Positions 23,085-35,083 of a stretch of 64,000 nt of DNA are shown here, in pieces; positions within the stretch are counted from its first letter, which is position 1, and each line of letters begins with the position of its first letter. Where the stretch lies: assembly GCA_951406725.2 (NCBI GenBank), contig OX597816.1:143902001-143966000 (forward strand). The letters are read 5' to 3'. This DNA comes from Octopus vulgaris. Lineage: Eukaryota. Both the position numbers and the translations under genes were made by a program. A model generated the notes under the pieces. The model made no database searches. It saw nothing but the letters and a program-made list of their open reading frames with translations, and was not told the DNA's origin.

Positions 23085-25924
23085 TAGATGAGGAGGGGGG
23101 AGAGTTGAGACCAAATGGCGTATAAGAGCGAAGAGAGAAGATTAATTCCTGTTCACGGCGCAAACGGGAATCCGGATGGCCTCTGTGTAAGGACAAACCG
23201 AACACAGATAGGTGTTGCAAGGAGTGACCGGTGGAGCGGAAATGGCGTGAGACCGGTGTGTCGTTCGCAAGGTGGATGTCACGAAGGTGTTCCGCGAACC
23301 GGTCAGCCAAGCGGCGTCCCGTTTGTCCGATGTACAAGGAATTGCAGAGAGAGCAAGAGATGCAATAGATAATATTCTGGAGGTGCAGGTGAAGGAGTGG
23401 ATGATGGGATAGGGTCGATGGTGGGTGCTAGTGAGGCGGGTGGTGTTGGAGAGGTAAGGGCAAGTGCGGCAACGTGGGCGGGAGCAGGGGAACGAGCCGG
23501 GTTGGGAGGTAGGGTCAGGGAAGGAGCTATGGACCAAAAGGTCTCGAAGGTTGTGGGCTCGTTTGAAAGAGGGGAGGGGTCGGTTAGGGAAGAGGTGTGA
23601 AGTGGACGGGTCGGACTGGAGATGACGGAAAGCTCGAAGAATGGTGCGTTGGAGACGTAGGGTCGTGGGGTGGTAAGTGAGGGGAAAAGGGAGGCGGGAG
23701 ACTACAGGGCGGGTTCGGGGAGAGAGAGCAGATACACGGTCCACGGACCGTGCTCTGGCAAGGGCGGTGTGGATAGTGGTGAGGGGGTATCCACGTAGGG
23801 TGAAGTGGTGAGCCATACGTTGAGACTGAGTCTCAAAGTCATGGTCGTCACTACAGAGCCTACGTAGACGGAGGAATTGGGAATAGGGGATGGAAAGCTT
23901 GGTGTGTTCTGGGTGGGAGGAAGAGAAGTTGAGGTATGAGTGTGAGTCTGTGTGTTTGTAGTGAATGGAGGTGGTAAGAGTGGAGTGAAGAATGCTAACC
24001 GAAATGTCGAGGAAGGAGACAGAGGTGTTGGAGATAGTGGAAGTGAAGTGGAGGGCTGGATGGAAAGATTGGACGAAAGAGAGGAAGGAATCTAGATGTT
24101 CGCGGGAGAGTGAGGTGGCACCGATAATGTCGTCAATGTAACGACCATATAGTTCAGGAGTGGGACCAGTGAAATTAGAGAATATTTGGGCCTCAACATA
24201 GCCAACGAACAGGTTCGCATAGTTGGGGCCCATTCGCGTTCCCATGGCCACTCCCGAGACCTGATGGTAGAACTCGCCCGCGAACGAGAAGCAGTTCAGA
24301 GTAAGGACAAGTTCGGCCAGACGAATGAGTGTGGAGGTGTCAGGTACAGGGTTAGAGCGGAGGTCAAGAAAGTGTCGAAGGGCCTGCAGTCCTTCGTGGT
24401 GAGGGATAACAGTATAGAGGCTTTGGATGTCCATAGTAAAAAGGATTTTGGAGGAGCCGGGAGGAAAGGAGAAAGAGTTGAAAAGCCGGAGAGCATGGTT
24501 GGTATCGTGGATGTGGGAGGGAAGAGATGCCACTAGGGAGGCAAGGACACGGTCGAGGTATTTAGAGATGAGCTCCGTGGGGCAGTTACAGGCGGAGACG
24601 ATGGGGCGGCCAGGGTTGTTGGGTTTGTGGATTTTGGGGAGGAAGTAAATGGTGGGGGTACGTGGGGTTCGCACAATTAGGTTGGATGCGGTGCGGGGGA
24701 GACGGGAGGACGAGATGAGGTCGTGGACAGTAGAGGATACCGTCTGTTGGTAGCTACGTGTGGGGTTAGAGGGCAGAGGCGAATAGAAGGAGGTGTCATT
24801 GAGTTGGCGGAAAGACTCGGCCCTATAGAGGTCCGCGCGCCACACCACTACAGCTCCACCCTTGTCAGCCGGTTTGATGATAATGTCAGCGCGCCGTTGG
24901 AGGGAACGAAGAGCCAAGAGCTCAGCCGGGGAGATGTTGAGGCGGCGTTGGCGCCTGGAGCAGTTGAACCGCTCCAATGCACGCTGACAAGCGCCCGCGA
25001 AAAGATCCACTGCTAGGATCTGGCCAGGGGCAGGCGTCCACGGGGATGGTCGGCGGCCCAGGCCAGTGAAGCAGTCCTCTTCGTTGGGTGTGGGTGGCGA
25101 GTCGTGGTAATGCGTACCCAACCGGACACGGCGTACAAAGCTGTGGACATCAACTCGCGTCTGGAATTCCTTACAGGATGGAGTGAGGGGGATGAAACGC
25201 AGACCCCTACCAATGACGGAGCGTTCAGCCGCAGAGAGGGGAAGATCGGGGGGAATGGTAACAACAGACGGAAGTGGAGAAGGGGTGGGTGGAATAGAAG
25301 TAGGAGGGGTGGTAGGTCTCGTGGAGGTCTGAGGGGGAGGGATTGGGGAGGTGTGTGGGGGTGGTTGGGCGGGGCAGTAGGGTTAGGTGTAGGTGGATGG
25401 AGCCTATCGGGAGGGGAGAAGGGTGGTGGAGGAGTTTGGGTAGTGGCGTCGGGTAGGGTGGAATGGAAGAGTGATTGGAGTTTACGAAGTTTGGTATCAG
25501 AAAGAAATTGATGGAAGAGTTGATTCAAATGGATAATGAAGCGTAGCGTGTTTGGAGCATAGAGAGGCGGCAGAGAGGAGAAGAAGGTGGTGAAAGCAGG
25601 AGGAAGAAGGCGGTTGATGGCATGTAGTTTGGAGAGATTGGAGCGAATGGTGGCCCGCATAAGGCGGTAAGATGTGGTGCGGAGTATGGGTAAGATGGAA
25701 GAATCCGAGTGGAGAGCAGGGTGGAAGTGGAGGCGGAAACCTTTAGGGATGAGTCGGTGATGTAGGCAGCGGCTTAGGAAAGAGACATGGCTAGAGAAGC
25801 GGGTTTTTTTAAAAAGAAGTAGAGAGAGATTAACGGACGGCTGAAGGCAATATACAGGAAGAGAACGGAGATGATCCTTCAAACGGTGATGGAGGGTGAG
25901 GAGGTAGGACCTAGGATCCGGCAT
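23085..25924 (-). CDS. PLE polyprotein (N-terminal domain, reverse transcriptase, CxxxxCxxC linker, GIY-YIG endonuclease) split by two frameshifts
   Basis: ATG at 25924 (MPDPRSY...HVSFLSRC...IPKG); KPADKGGAVV, LPKIHK, GRPIVS, GVAMG, RYIDD in ORF 23142-25121; YIGQTGR...RFAEH in ORF 22720-23337; frameshifts near 25300-25450 and ~23375; 3' end approximate. Confidence 0.9.
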
Positions 25925-26542
25925 GATGGGATAGCGGAAAAAAAACGTTCGAAAAAACAAAAAAAACAAAAAACAAAAATTATCGTATGAAAAAAATAGA
26001 AAAAAAGGATAGCGAAAAAAAGGGGAAAAAACAAACGTTCAAAAAAAACAAAAAAATAATAATCGTATGAAAAAACTAGATAAGTAAGCGATAGGGGCAG
26101 AAAAGACGGGGAAACGGAAAAGGGAAAGAAAGAAGGGAAGCAGAGAGAGGGGGAGGCAAAAAAAGGGGGTGCAGGCAGAGGAAACGGAGTATGGACATCC
26201 AGAGAGGGAAGAAAGACGGAAAGGAGAACAAAAATGCAGGAAAATGTGGAAAGCATGAAATGAATGTAAAAAAAAGTGGTAATATAAGAGAAAATAAAAA
26301 TACAACAAACGGGACAGTTTATGCGAACAAGTTCAAGGTTGAAAGTTCAAGGTGAGAAATGTGTAGACGTCGTGGTATATTTTTTAAGGATTTCACATCA
26401 ATGCAAAGTCACTTTGATCCGCGAAAGAGAGGTGCAGCCAATGGTAAGTATCCAAGAGGTAAAGAAAATCCAAGGTAGAGGTAAGTGTTGATAGTGGTAT
26501 TGGTAGAATATAGGATGAAAGTGAGACCACGTGAGCGCATAA

Positions 26543-27371
26543 TATATAACGGGAAGCTTTATGAAAATAGACAAAAGACGAAGGCAGGTGGAAAACAAAC
26601 GAACAATTGTATTAGTATGGCGCTCAGGAAATATAAATAAAACAAGTCTTTAACGTTTCGAGCCTACGCTCTTCAACAGAAAGATACACAGAGAGAAAAA
26701 AACACAGAAAGAAGGAGAGAAAAAAATGCGTGCAGTAGCTAACGAATCAACATGGCGATCTGATTTCGGCCAGAGGTCAAAGATCAAACATGAGACGCGA
26801 GAGCGAAATAAGGGGAGATAATAGGGTTGATAATAGGGTTGAAGGACCAGCTAATAGTGCGTAGGAGGGGTCTGGACGTGTGTATGTATAGGGTTGGTGT
26901 ATGTATTAGTATGTATAAGGGTGTGTGTGTGTGTGTGTGTGTGTGTATGAGAGAGTATTAGTGCGTAGGATTGGTCTGGACGTGCGTATGTATGGGGTTG
27001 GTGTATGTATCAGTATGTATTAGTATGTATTAGTACGTATTAGTATGTATAAGTGTATGTGTGTGTGTATGAGAGAGTATAAGTGCGTATGAGGGGTCTG
27101 GACGTGTGTATGTATAGGGTTGGTGTATGTATTAGTATGTATTAGTATGTATTAGTACGTATTAGTATGTATTAGTTGGTGTATGTATTAGTATGGCACA
27201 TCATATATGGTGTGATGTGTAAAGTCGTGTGGTGTAGTGAGGAGAAGAGGGGAGAGGAGAAGAGGGGGGGAAGAGAAGGGGAGGGGAAGAAGAGGGGGGG
27301 AGAGAAGAGGAGGGGGAGAGAGAGGAGGGGGAGAAGGAAGGGGAGGAGTTGGTGTATGTATTAGTATGGCA

Positions 27372-27378
<7 letters not shown>
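26543..27378 (-). repeat. PLE upstream pseudo-LTR (5'-truncated tandem copy)
   Basis: Direct repeat of 22073-22800; 27349-27378 additionally duplicates 27176-27207. Confidence 0.9.
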
Positions 27379-27410
<32 letters not shown>

Positions 27411-28283
27411 AAGCATTCAAACACTAAAGTTTGAAATAAGATGTCACTACTGTTAATATCATTCAGCGCATAAAATTTTAAATTGATGGTATCGACAGTA
27501 GTAACACAGGTGGTTCACAGGCAAATAGCATTATTAAGCTATAATATACAAGTTAGCACGAAGCATAAGGATGCAGAGAAGCATCAACCTGCTACAAATA
27601 AGACCTAAGGTCTTAAACCACCGTAAAACACCAAAATAACAGAGAAATAGGTAAGATCAACAAAAAAGTACACGATATGAAGATAGGAGCTAATAATAGT
27701 TTCTTACTTTAGATATACAAGTTCTAAAACACGCATTTTGTATGTATATGTGCAAACATCTATGTATATGTGTTTGTACACACTTGGAGTCATACATATG
27801 AATGTGTGTGTGTATGTTTTGTGAGACAGAAAGCACAAGTGATGTTCATAATGATTACATGTGTGTACGTCGATTCGTTGCGTCAATGGGTGTGTGTTAG
27901 TATGTGTGCCTGTATGTTATGAGACGGAACCAGTCTACTACGAAAGTGGCTAGACAATGTTCTCTCTGTTGAGCTTGTACCAGGTCAAATACTTACATCC
28001 ATTTCTACGTTACACATACGTTCAAACATACACACAAACAAACAAACAATCAAACACACATGCAGACAGAAACATAGATGTATATCCCGTGGCAGGGGGT
28101 AAAAATGAAGAATTTGCTGGAATATCTTACATTCACGCAAACTCATCGAATCTGTAAGAATGATGTCATTGTTTGGATATTTTAGACATGGAAGACGACT
28201 GTTTGCTTCTTGAATCTCGCCCATCGCAGTTTATTACGTAAACACTCTATTCTTATATATTTATCTATCTATATAACCATGTA

Positions 28284-28328
<45 letters not shown>

Positions 28329-28330
28329 CC

Positions 28331-28393
<63 letters not shown>

Positions 28394-28638
28394 CTATCTA
28401 TAATACTGTAAATTTAACGTTCCGTATCTCCGTTCTGTTGATCCTATTTTAAGTAAGACGATTATCATTTCGGTCAATTCTATGTGTTTCTGACAGATGT
28501 CTTGCTAAAGTTTCTGGCTTTGGATCCTGGTATGTATTTATTTAGTTAGTAATTATTTATTTGTGTATAAATCTAGGTTCGTATATGTGTGTCTATGTAT
28601 GTATGTATGCATATATATACGTAAGTATAAATAAATAC

Positions 28639-28677
<39 letters not shown>

Positions 28678-28682
28678 GTAAA

Positions 28683-29018
28683 GGGGGTAAAGACCCCCTT
28701 CGGTCATGAATGACCATGGGATTGCACCTAGAAAGTTACCCTCCTAGACACAAGTCTGGGCAAGGTTGTTAATGGAATACCAGCAGTCGCCCATGCATAC
28801 CAGCCTCCCCTCTCCACGCCACCAGTGTTATCCAAGGGAAAGACAAAGGTCGATACAGCTTGGCACCAGTGACGTCCAACTCATTTCTACAGCTGAGTGA
28901 ACTGGAGCAACGTGAAATAAAGTGCCTTGCTCAAGAACACAACACGCAGCCCGGTCGGGATTCGAGCCACAACCTCACGATCGTAAGCTCGACGCTCTAA
29001 CCACTGAGCCATGCGTCT
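28683..29018 (-). mobile_element. tRNA-derived SINE, family B
   Basis: GACGCATGGCTCAGTGGTTAGAGCG head and TGTGTTCTTGAGCAAGGCACTTTATTTCACG core. Confidence 0.8.
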
Positions 29019-29025
29019 TTAACAA

Positions 29026-29067
<42 letters not shown>

Positions 29068-29068
<1 letters not shown>

Positions 29069-29900
29069 TAGCATTAAAGACCCGTCGTTGCCGGGTCATA
29101 GTGCTAGTGCATGTATATATGTGTATATATATATATATGTGTACATATTACATGTACATCTATATATATACATCTACACATAAAATGCAAAATACAAAGT
29201 TATATCTTGATATCGCCAGTGATAGCAATACTCAAAATATATAACAGATTGGAATTGTTAGCTCTTCTTCTTTCTCTACATTGTATACTTTATAGACAAT
29301 AGTCTTTTCTTTAATTTAATTTTTTATTATCCATCTGGACTATTCCATTTCTGCACGCTAATTTTATTTTTAATTTATTCCCATTCATGTGAAACCACTT
29401 ATTCAAGTTCAAATCAGTGATACAATTTTATACCAATTGCTATTTTTACTTTTGTTATGTTACGATTATATTATACTTTAGTTTGATTTTAATTATTACT
29501 TACTACATATAATTCAATTGTTATTATTACTTTTATTGTTAAAGTGAAAGCATGACATAAAATAGAGAAATATTTTTGTTTCACTTTTAACACGTAATAC
29601 TGAAATAGTGGAGAAGATATGATATTGCTATGGGCTCGCTCTAGGCAAGAAGTCGAACATTTTTTTGCCCATGAAACTACATAGACCCTTAGTAAGGCAT
29701 GTGTAAAATTTGAATGAAATTGGTTGTGTAGTTCTCAAGTTTTAGGGAATCGTAGTGGAGAAGATATGATATTGCTGTGGGCTCGCCCCAGGCAAAAAGT
29801 TAAAATTTTTTGCCGATGACACTCCCCGGACCCTAAGTAAGGCATGTGTAAAATTTGAATGAAATTGGTTGTGTAGTTCTCAAGTTTTAGGAAAACACAC
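29068..29900 (-). mobile_element. Non-autonomous Helitron-like element, 5' end lost at the LINE junction
   Basis: Hairpin GACCCGGCAACGACGGGTC plus CTAG at the minus-strand end; internal ~140-bp tandem duplication 29606-29890. Confidence 0.65.
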
Positions 29901-30138
29901 AGTGCAACCAAAAGTATCAGTGGGGAGGCGGGGCTCGTGGGGTCCGAGCTGAACCCGCACCCACTCCATCTGTAATGTCTTCCGGTCTATTCCATCATTC
30001 GATTTTGTGTGTATTCTTGTAATTTCATGATATTTTTAAATCCGATTTTGTGTAAAAACCATCCGTATGTCTGACCCCAAATCAGATTGTTTTGTCCCCT
30101 CTATGTTCGCCCCTTGTGGGTAGTAATAAAACAACCTG
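29901..30138 (+). repeat. 238-bp direct repeat identical to the LINE 3'UTR
   Basis: Identical by eye to 35084-35321. Confidence 0.95.
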
Positions 30139-30354
30139 TCTGAAATCAATTTTTTGCGTGTATAGTAAGTTATTATATTGTGTATATTTTCTCCATTGTG
30201 ATCTACTGTGTGTCTAGCTGTCTTTCTGTGTTGTTGTACAACTATTGAAGTCGGCCTTCGTGCGAGGGCTTCGTGTTGGTGTTCCCCCCTCCGTGGGGGA
30301 AAAACTATCATTATCTTGGTTGTGCCAAGGGCTTGCTAAAGCCAGTTATCGGAG

Positions 30355-31365
30355 ATGGAATCCCCCATCTCTTATTCTCCTGTGACAAGTGATGCAGGAT
30401 CACCGGCGGTGTCGCCAAAGAAAAAGAGGCGGGGTCGCCAAAGGAAAAAAGATATTCCAGCACCAGCGAGAAAATTTTCGGAAGTAGCTGGGAAGAAAAT
30501 TAAAAAAATTAATGTGGAAAACCTGGGAAAACATGCGGACTGTGTGTCAAAAGAGGGCACGGAAGTAACCGTGGCTTCAAACGCCCAAAAACAGGAGGAA
30601 ATTTCAAATAGGAGAATAATCTATAAGACCTTCAGTATAACAAGCAGATCAATACAAAAAATAGAGGAGAAAAAAATCGAAAATTGCTTAAAGCCGATAA
30701 TGGATAAAATTACATATATCAATCGAGGGAAGAAATACGGCACAGTGGAGGTGAGATTCACATCAGAGGAGGTAGCGAAGAAGCTATCCATGGAACCCAT
30801 AAAAGCGGAGGATATTGTTCTCCTACCCCTGTATAAAGGCAAGAGAACTTCCAAGATCACAATGAACAACATTCCGCCAGAAGCGGATGCCGAAGTTCTG
30901 GTGGCAGCAGTTATGGTAGGCCTGGAGGAAAAAATAAACATCCTCCAGGCCACCGTAGAAGAAGAATTCTGGAAAGGGCAAAAGATAATAATAGCCATCC
31001 AAGCAGAAATACAAACCCTGGAAGAGATCCCAGAGACTCTAAAGATAAGCGAAGATGAAAGAGTCACAGTCTTCGTAGAGGGCAGAAAGCCGAGGTGCTT
31101 CGGCTGCGGTAAGAAAGGGCATGTAAGGGCAGAATGCCAGCCCCAACCCAAACCGCAGGAAGCAGCTCAGCCAAGTGGAAAAGCAGAAGCCGTGTCATCA
31201 GAAACAGCGCTGGTCGGCCCAGGAGGGACGACTGAAGGTGTGGAGGTGACAGAGGCAGCGGAACCAACGGAGGAGGAAAAAAAGAGCGAGGAAACGAAAA
31301 AGGAGGAGGGGTGGTCAAAAATCACTAGAAAAAAAGAAAAACTGAAACCACCCCTCCCAAAGTAA
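30355..31365 (+). CDS. LINE ORF1 nucleic-acid-binding protein (CCHC knuckle)
   Basis: 336 aa, basic N-terminus, CFGCGKKGHVRAEC. Confidence 0.85.
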   Translation: MESPISYSPVTSDAGSPAVSPKKKRRGRQRKKDIPAPARKFSEVAGKKIKKINVENLGKHADCVSKEGTEVTVASNAQKQEEISNRRIIYKTFSITSRSIQKIEEKKIENCLKPIMDKITYINRGKKYGTVEVRFTSEEVAKKLSMEPIKAEDIVLLPLYKGKRTSKITMNNIPPEADAEVLVAAVMVGLEEKINILQATVEEEFWKGQKIIIAIQAEIQTLEEIPETLKISEDERVTVFVEGRKPRCFGCGKKGHVRAECQPQPKPQEAAQPSGKAEAVSSETALVGPGGTTEGVEVTEAAEPTEEEKKSEETKKEEGWSKITRKKEKLKPPLPK

Positions 31366-31388
31366 ACCAAAAAAAAAAAAGGGAGTCA

Positions 31389-31667
31389 TTGAACTCATTT
31401 ATGGCCGTTAAGGCCACGAACAATAGACTCGGAAATGTGTTGGCAGCGATGGCCAAAGTAGAAAAAATAGGGAGGAAAAACGACTATGTTTTGTACAGAA
31501 TAGGCCGGAAGGATTACGGACGGATAAAGTCCGAATTTTTCCATGACGTAGGCCCGCTCAGAATGGATATAACATCTCCATATATATTCGAGGGCCTGCG
31601 TCAGACTCCCCCACGAGGCCCAGAAAAAGAGAAGGAAGAAGAAGAAAAAACCGAACCACTGATATAA
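31389..31667 (+). CDS. Probable frameshifted C-terminal part of ORF1
   Basis: This frame is open back to 31329, overlapping the end of ORF1 at an A7 run; it stops 9 nt before the ORF2 ATG. Confidence 0.5.
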   Translation: MNSFMAVKATNNRLGNVLAAMAKVEKIGRKNDYVLYRIGRKDYGRIKSEFFHDVGPLRMDITSPYIFEGLRQTPPRGPEKEKEEEEKTEPLI

Positions 31668-31676
31668 AGGTAAGTA

Positions 31677-34600
31677 ATGGATTACATTTATGTTGGTTGT
31701 TTGAATGTGCGCGGCCTGGGAGCAGGCTGGAAGCAAGGTCGCTTCCTGCATGATATCAGGTCGCGTAATTTAGATGTTATTGTTGCTACAGAAACCCGGT
31801 TAGAGGGGCCAAGAGGTCTACTCCCGCTGTTTGACGGCTACGAGAGTTTTTTCTCTCCTGGCAGTCCTACAGGCGGGAGTGGGGTGTTGGTCCTATTAAA
31901 AAGAAACCGGGTTTCTGAGAAAAAGTTAATTTTTGCAGATCCAGAAGGTAGGCTGGTCGTCATGGATTTGACGTTCAGTAATGGTAAAGTTATCAGACTG
32001 GTTGCAATTTACGCACCCAACCATACAGGGCAAAGTGATTATTTTCGTGAACTAGAAAACTTTCTTGGTACTTCGCATTCATTAGTGGTGCTAGGAGACT
32101 TTAACACAATTTGCAAAGCGGATGTAGATTGTGTTGGCTCGCGTCCAGATAGAAAAGGCAACAGTGGCTTCATGGAACTGCTAAGCCGCTTTGAGCTAGC
32201 AGATCCTTATAGGCTGGAATTTCCGAACGCTCCATTGTGGACATGGTCAAACAGCGACGGATCTTCCAGGTCATATTTAGATAGAATACTAATTAGAAAA
32301 GTAGACAGTAAAATAGCTAAGTGTCCACAGTTTTACCCGATCAGCTACAGTGATCATAAAATGGTCACTTGTAAGCTTGACATAGATAAGGTTAAAAATA
32401 GAGGATCCGGTTACTGGAAACTTAATACGTCCCTTTTGGCGATTAAGGAGTACAAAGACCGGATTAGGAATATAATTCAGAGGGCACTATCTGGTACCAT
32501 CATTAATAACAAATGGTGGTACGCCCTCAAACGAGCCATCAAGTTTGAGTCTATTAGATATAGCATAGGAGTAGTGGCTAGAGAGGCTAGAAGGGAAACT
32601 ACTCTAGTTAAGGAATTAGAGGAAGCCATGAAAACTGGCTCTGCGGCTCAGGTGGCGTCCAAGAGACTGGTGTTAAACCAGCACCTCGAGGCCAAACACA
32701 TGGGCTGCATTGTCAGGGCTAGAATCCGTCATATGGGATGTGAAGGAATCAACGCCGTGAGATGGGCCCGAGTGGTGGAAGCTCAGCATGGTAACGATGC
32801 CACGATTCGATCTTTGACGAACCAACAAGGTGAGTTGATAAACGAACCCGAGGAGATGTGTGAGGCCTTTCAGGAGCACTTCGCTCAGCTTTTCGGTGAG
32901 TGCGGCGGACTGGATAGGAGGAGGGCCTTTACGGACCTACTCGACGGTCTGCCGCGCTTATCGGGGCGAGATGCGGAGGGCTGTGAAGGGCCAATCACGC
33001 CTGAGGAGGTGGTTGAGGCAATGGCGGACTGCGGCGCGGGCAAGGCGCCGGGTTTGGATGGTCTACCCTATGAGTTATATAAGAGTATGCCAGACTTGTT
33101 CGGGCACCTACTGGCGGAGGTCTACGCGAACTGGCAGCAGAACGGGCTTATACCCAGATCTGTGCGCCGGGGAGTAGTGACTCTCGTCAGAAAGGACCCG
33201 AGCAAGGGGGAGTGCATTGATAATTTCAGGCCCATCACTCTGCTAAACACAGAGTTGAAGATTTTGGCCAAAGTGTTATCGAAAAGATTGGCGCGTGTCG
33301 CGGATGGTCTGATCGGAGGGGCACAGACATGTGCCGTTCCGGGCAGATCCATTCAGGATAATCTCCATCTAATGCGGTACACTATAGAGGGGTTTAATAG
33401 TGATTCTGGCAAGGGTGGGGCACTGGTCCATTTAGACCAATCTAAAGCTTTTGATAGGGTCGACCATCGTTACCTGGTATCTGCCCTGGCACAGTTCGGG
33501 CTGAGCCTTGGCTTCCTCAGGTGGATTATCCAAATTTATGATAACATCGACTCGGTAGTTCGGGTGAACGGCTTCTTGTCGAAGCCGTTCAAAATCAAAC
33601 GCTCGGTTCGTCAAGGGTGTCCGCTCTCCCCGCTTTTGTACGTGATGGCTCTTGAGCCATTACTGCGAAAACTGAGCGGCATCCCGAGACAGCCAGGTAA
33701 CGGAAAATCAGTGTCAGCGTACGCGGATGACATCACCATCATCGTAACCGAAATGGACCACCTATGTAAAGTAGGCAAGGCCATAGAGGTTTACGAGACG
33801 GTGACAGGAGCAAAAGTTAATCGCGAAAAGTCAGTCGGCTTGCAACTCGGCACCTGGAGAGGCAAGTCGATGCCTCCTGACAGCGTCGTGGGACGTTGGA
33901 CGGAGGGTCCGATTAAACTGCTAGGGGTCTGGTTCGGTCCAGACCTCCAAATAGAGAAGAATTGGGGCGAGGTAACGAGCAAGGTGGCTGCAGTAGCCAA
34001 GACCTGGTCTTGGCGGTGGCTATCCCTGAAAGGGAGGGCGGAGGTGGCCAATGTGTTTATCGCATCGGTTATCACCTACCGCCTTTCCGTCGTTCCTTGC
34101 CCTGATTCGTGGTTGATCAAGTTGGAAAGACAGCTCTTCTACTTCTTGTGGAAGGGCGGGAAACCACTTGTGAAACGCTCTACTTGCTGTCAACAACCGT
34201 TAAAGGGTGGGCTAGGGATGCCTTGGCTGATGATGCGCAGACATGCGCTGAGGTTAAGACATCTGTGGCTCTACCTGGATGGTGAACGGGTGTGGTCTTC
34301 GCTAGCAAAACTGATGTTTCCCAAGTTCACTAGTTTCGGTGGATGGGAAACCTGGCTGAATCGTAGATCGAAACTTGGTACTTGGTACACGGAGTGTCGC
34401 AAGGCTCTCCTGCTATTCCGTCGCTCGGGCAACGCCTGCGGTGGGGGTTCCACCACATTCTTCTATAGAGGGTTGGTAGAGGCGGAATGTGAAGATACCT
34501 TGGGGGAAACCCTAGGTCTCGACGATAATCAGCTGGCCAGTCTGTTCCGACGTACGTTCAAGCCGAGGACACTGGACAACTTCCAGAAGTCTCTGGCATG

Positions 34601-35072
34601 GCAATGCTACAGAGGAGCTCTACCTGTTCGGGATAAACTCGCAAGGCACGGTGGCCAAGACAGTCCGATATGTCCAAGATGCGGGCGGGATAGGGAAACC
34701 GTCCCGCACGCTATTGTTCATTGTCCGGACGTGTCTGAGGTGTGGGTTTATGCCGAACAGCTGTTGTCAGGTACACGAAGAGTACAGCTGTCGACTGAGT
34801 CGATTACAAAAATTGACCCACCGGATTTCCTCGTGAATGAAGGTAAGTTTCGTTTTCTCGTTGTAGTAGCAATTGCGAAAGAAGTGATATGGAAGACGAG
34901 AATGAAAGGTTTACAGTCAGGCAAGTTCATCTCCGGCCCTGGTTTGATGAATTACTTCATCTTTCACCTGAAAAGGAAGATAGGGCTGGAGAGAATATGC
35001 CTGACTAGGAGAGTGTATGAAGAACGATGGAAGGATGTAGCACGAAAGTTGCGAATGAAAGTTACAACATAA
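31677..35072 (+). CDS. LINE ORF2: AP endonuclease, reverse transcriptase, C-terminal zinc knuckle
   Basis: 1131 aa uninterrupted; LNVRGL, IYAPN, GDFN, SYLDRI, SDH, WKLN, KAPGLDG, FRPITLLN, KAFDRV, QGCPLSP, YADD, CPRC...ETVPHAIVHC. Confidence 0.96.
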   Translation: MDYIYVGCLNVRGLGAGWKQGRFLHDIRSRNLDVIVATETRLEGPRGLLPLFDGYESFFSPGSPTGGSGVLVLLKRNRVSEKKLIFADPEGRLVVMDLTFSNGKVIRLVAIYAPNHTGQSDYFRELENFLGTSHSLVVLGDFNTICKADVDCVGSRPDRKGNSGFMELLSRFELADPYRLEFPNAPLWTWSNSDGSSRSYLDRILIRKVDSKIAKCPQFYPISYSDHKMVTCKLDIDKVKNRGSGYWKLNTSLLAIKEYKDRIRNIIQRALSGTIINNKWWYALKRAIKFESIRYSIGVVAREARRETTLVKELEEAMKTGSAAQVASKRLVLNQHLEAKHMGCIVRARIRHMGCEGINAVRWARVVEAQHGNDATIRSLTNQQGELINEPEEMCEAFQEHFAQLFGECGGLDRRRAFTDLLDGLPRLSGRDAEGCEGPITPEEVVEAMADCGAGKAPGLDGLPYELYKSMPDLFGHLLAEVYANWQQNGLIPRSVRRGVVTLVRKDPSKGECIDNFRPITLLNTELKILAKVLSKRLARVADGLIGGAQTCAVPGRSIQDNLHLMRYTIEGFNSDSGKGGALVHLDQSKAFDRVDHRYLVSALAQFGLSLGFLRWIIQIYDNIDSVVRVNGFLSKPFKIKRSVRQGCPLSPLLYVMALEPLLRKLSGIPRQPGNGKSVSAYADDITIIVTEMDHLCKVGKAIEVYETVTGAKVNREKSVGLQLGTWRGKSMPPDSVVGRWTEGPIKLLGVWFGPDLQIEKNWGEVTSKVAAVAKTWSWRWLSLKGRAEVANVFIASVITYRLSVVPCPDSWLIKLERQLFYFLWKGGKPLVKRSTCCQQPLKGGLGMPWLMMRRHALRLRHLWLYLDGERVWSSLAKLMFPKFTSFGGWETWLNRRSKLGTWYTECRKALLLFRRSGNACGGGSTTFFYRGLVEAECEDTLGETLGLDDNQLASLFRRTFKPRTLDNFQKSLAWQCYRGALPVRDKLARHGGQDSPICPRCGRDRETVPHAIVHCPDVSEVWVYAEQLLSGTRRVQLSTESITKIDPPDFLVNEGKFRFLVVVAIAKEVIWKTRMKGLQSGKFISGPGLMNYFIFHLKRKIGLERICLTRRVYEERWKDVARKLRMKVTT

Positions 35073-35083
35073 ATGTAATACCA

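Larger units (their letters stand above)
22073..27378 (-). mobile_element. Penelope-like element (Neptune-type) with tandem pseudo-LTRs, between (TA)n tracts
   Basis: RT plus GIY-YIG coding region between direct repeats at ~22073-22800 and ~26543-27250. Confidence 0.93.

Noticed and set aside
30621-31151. Antisense ORFs over LINE ORF1/ORF2 and the PLE
   Set aside because: Shadow frames of real coding sequence with no recognisable motifs.
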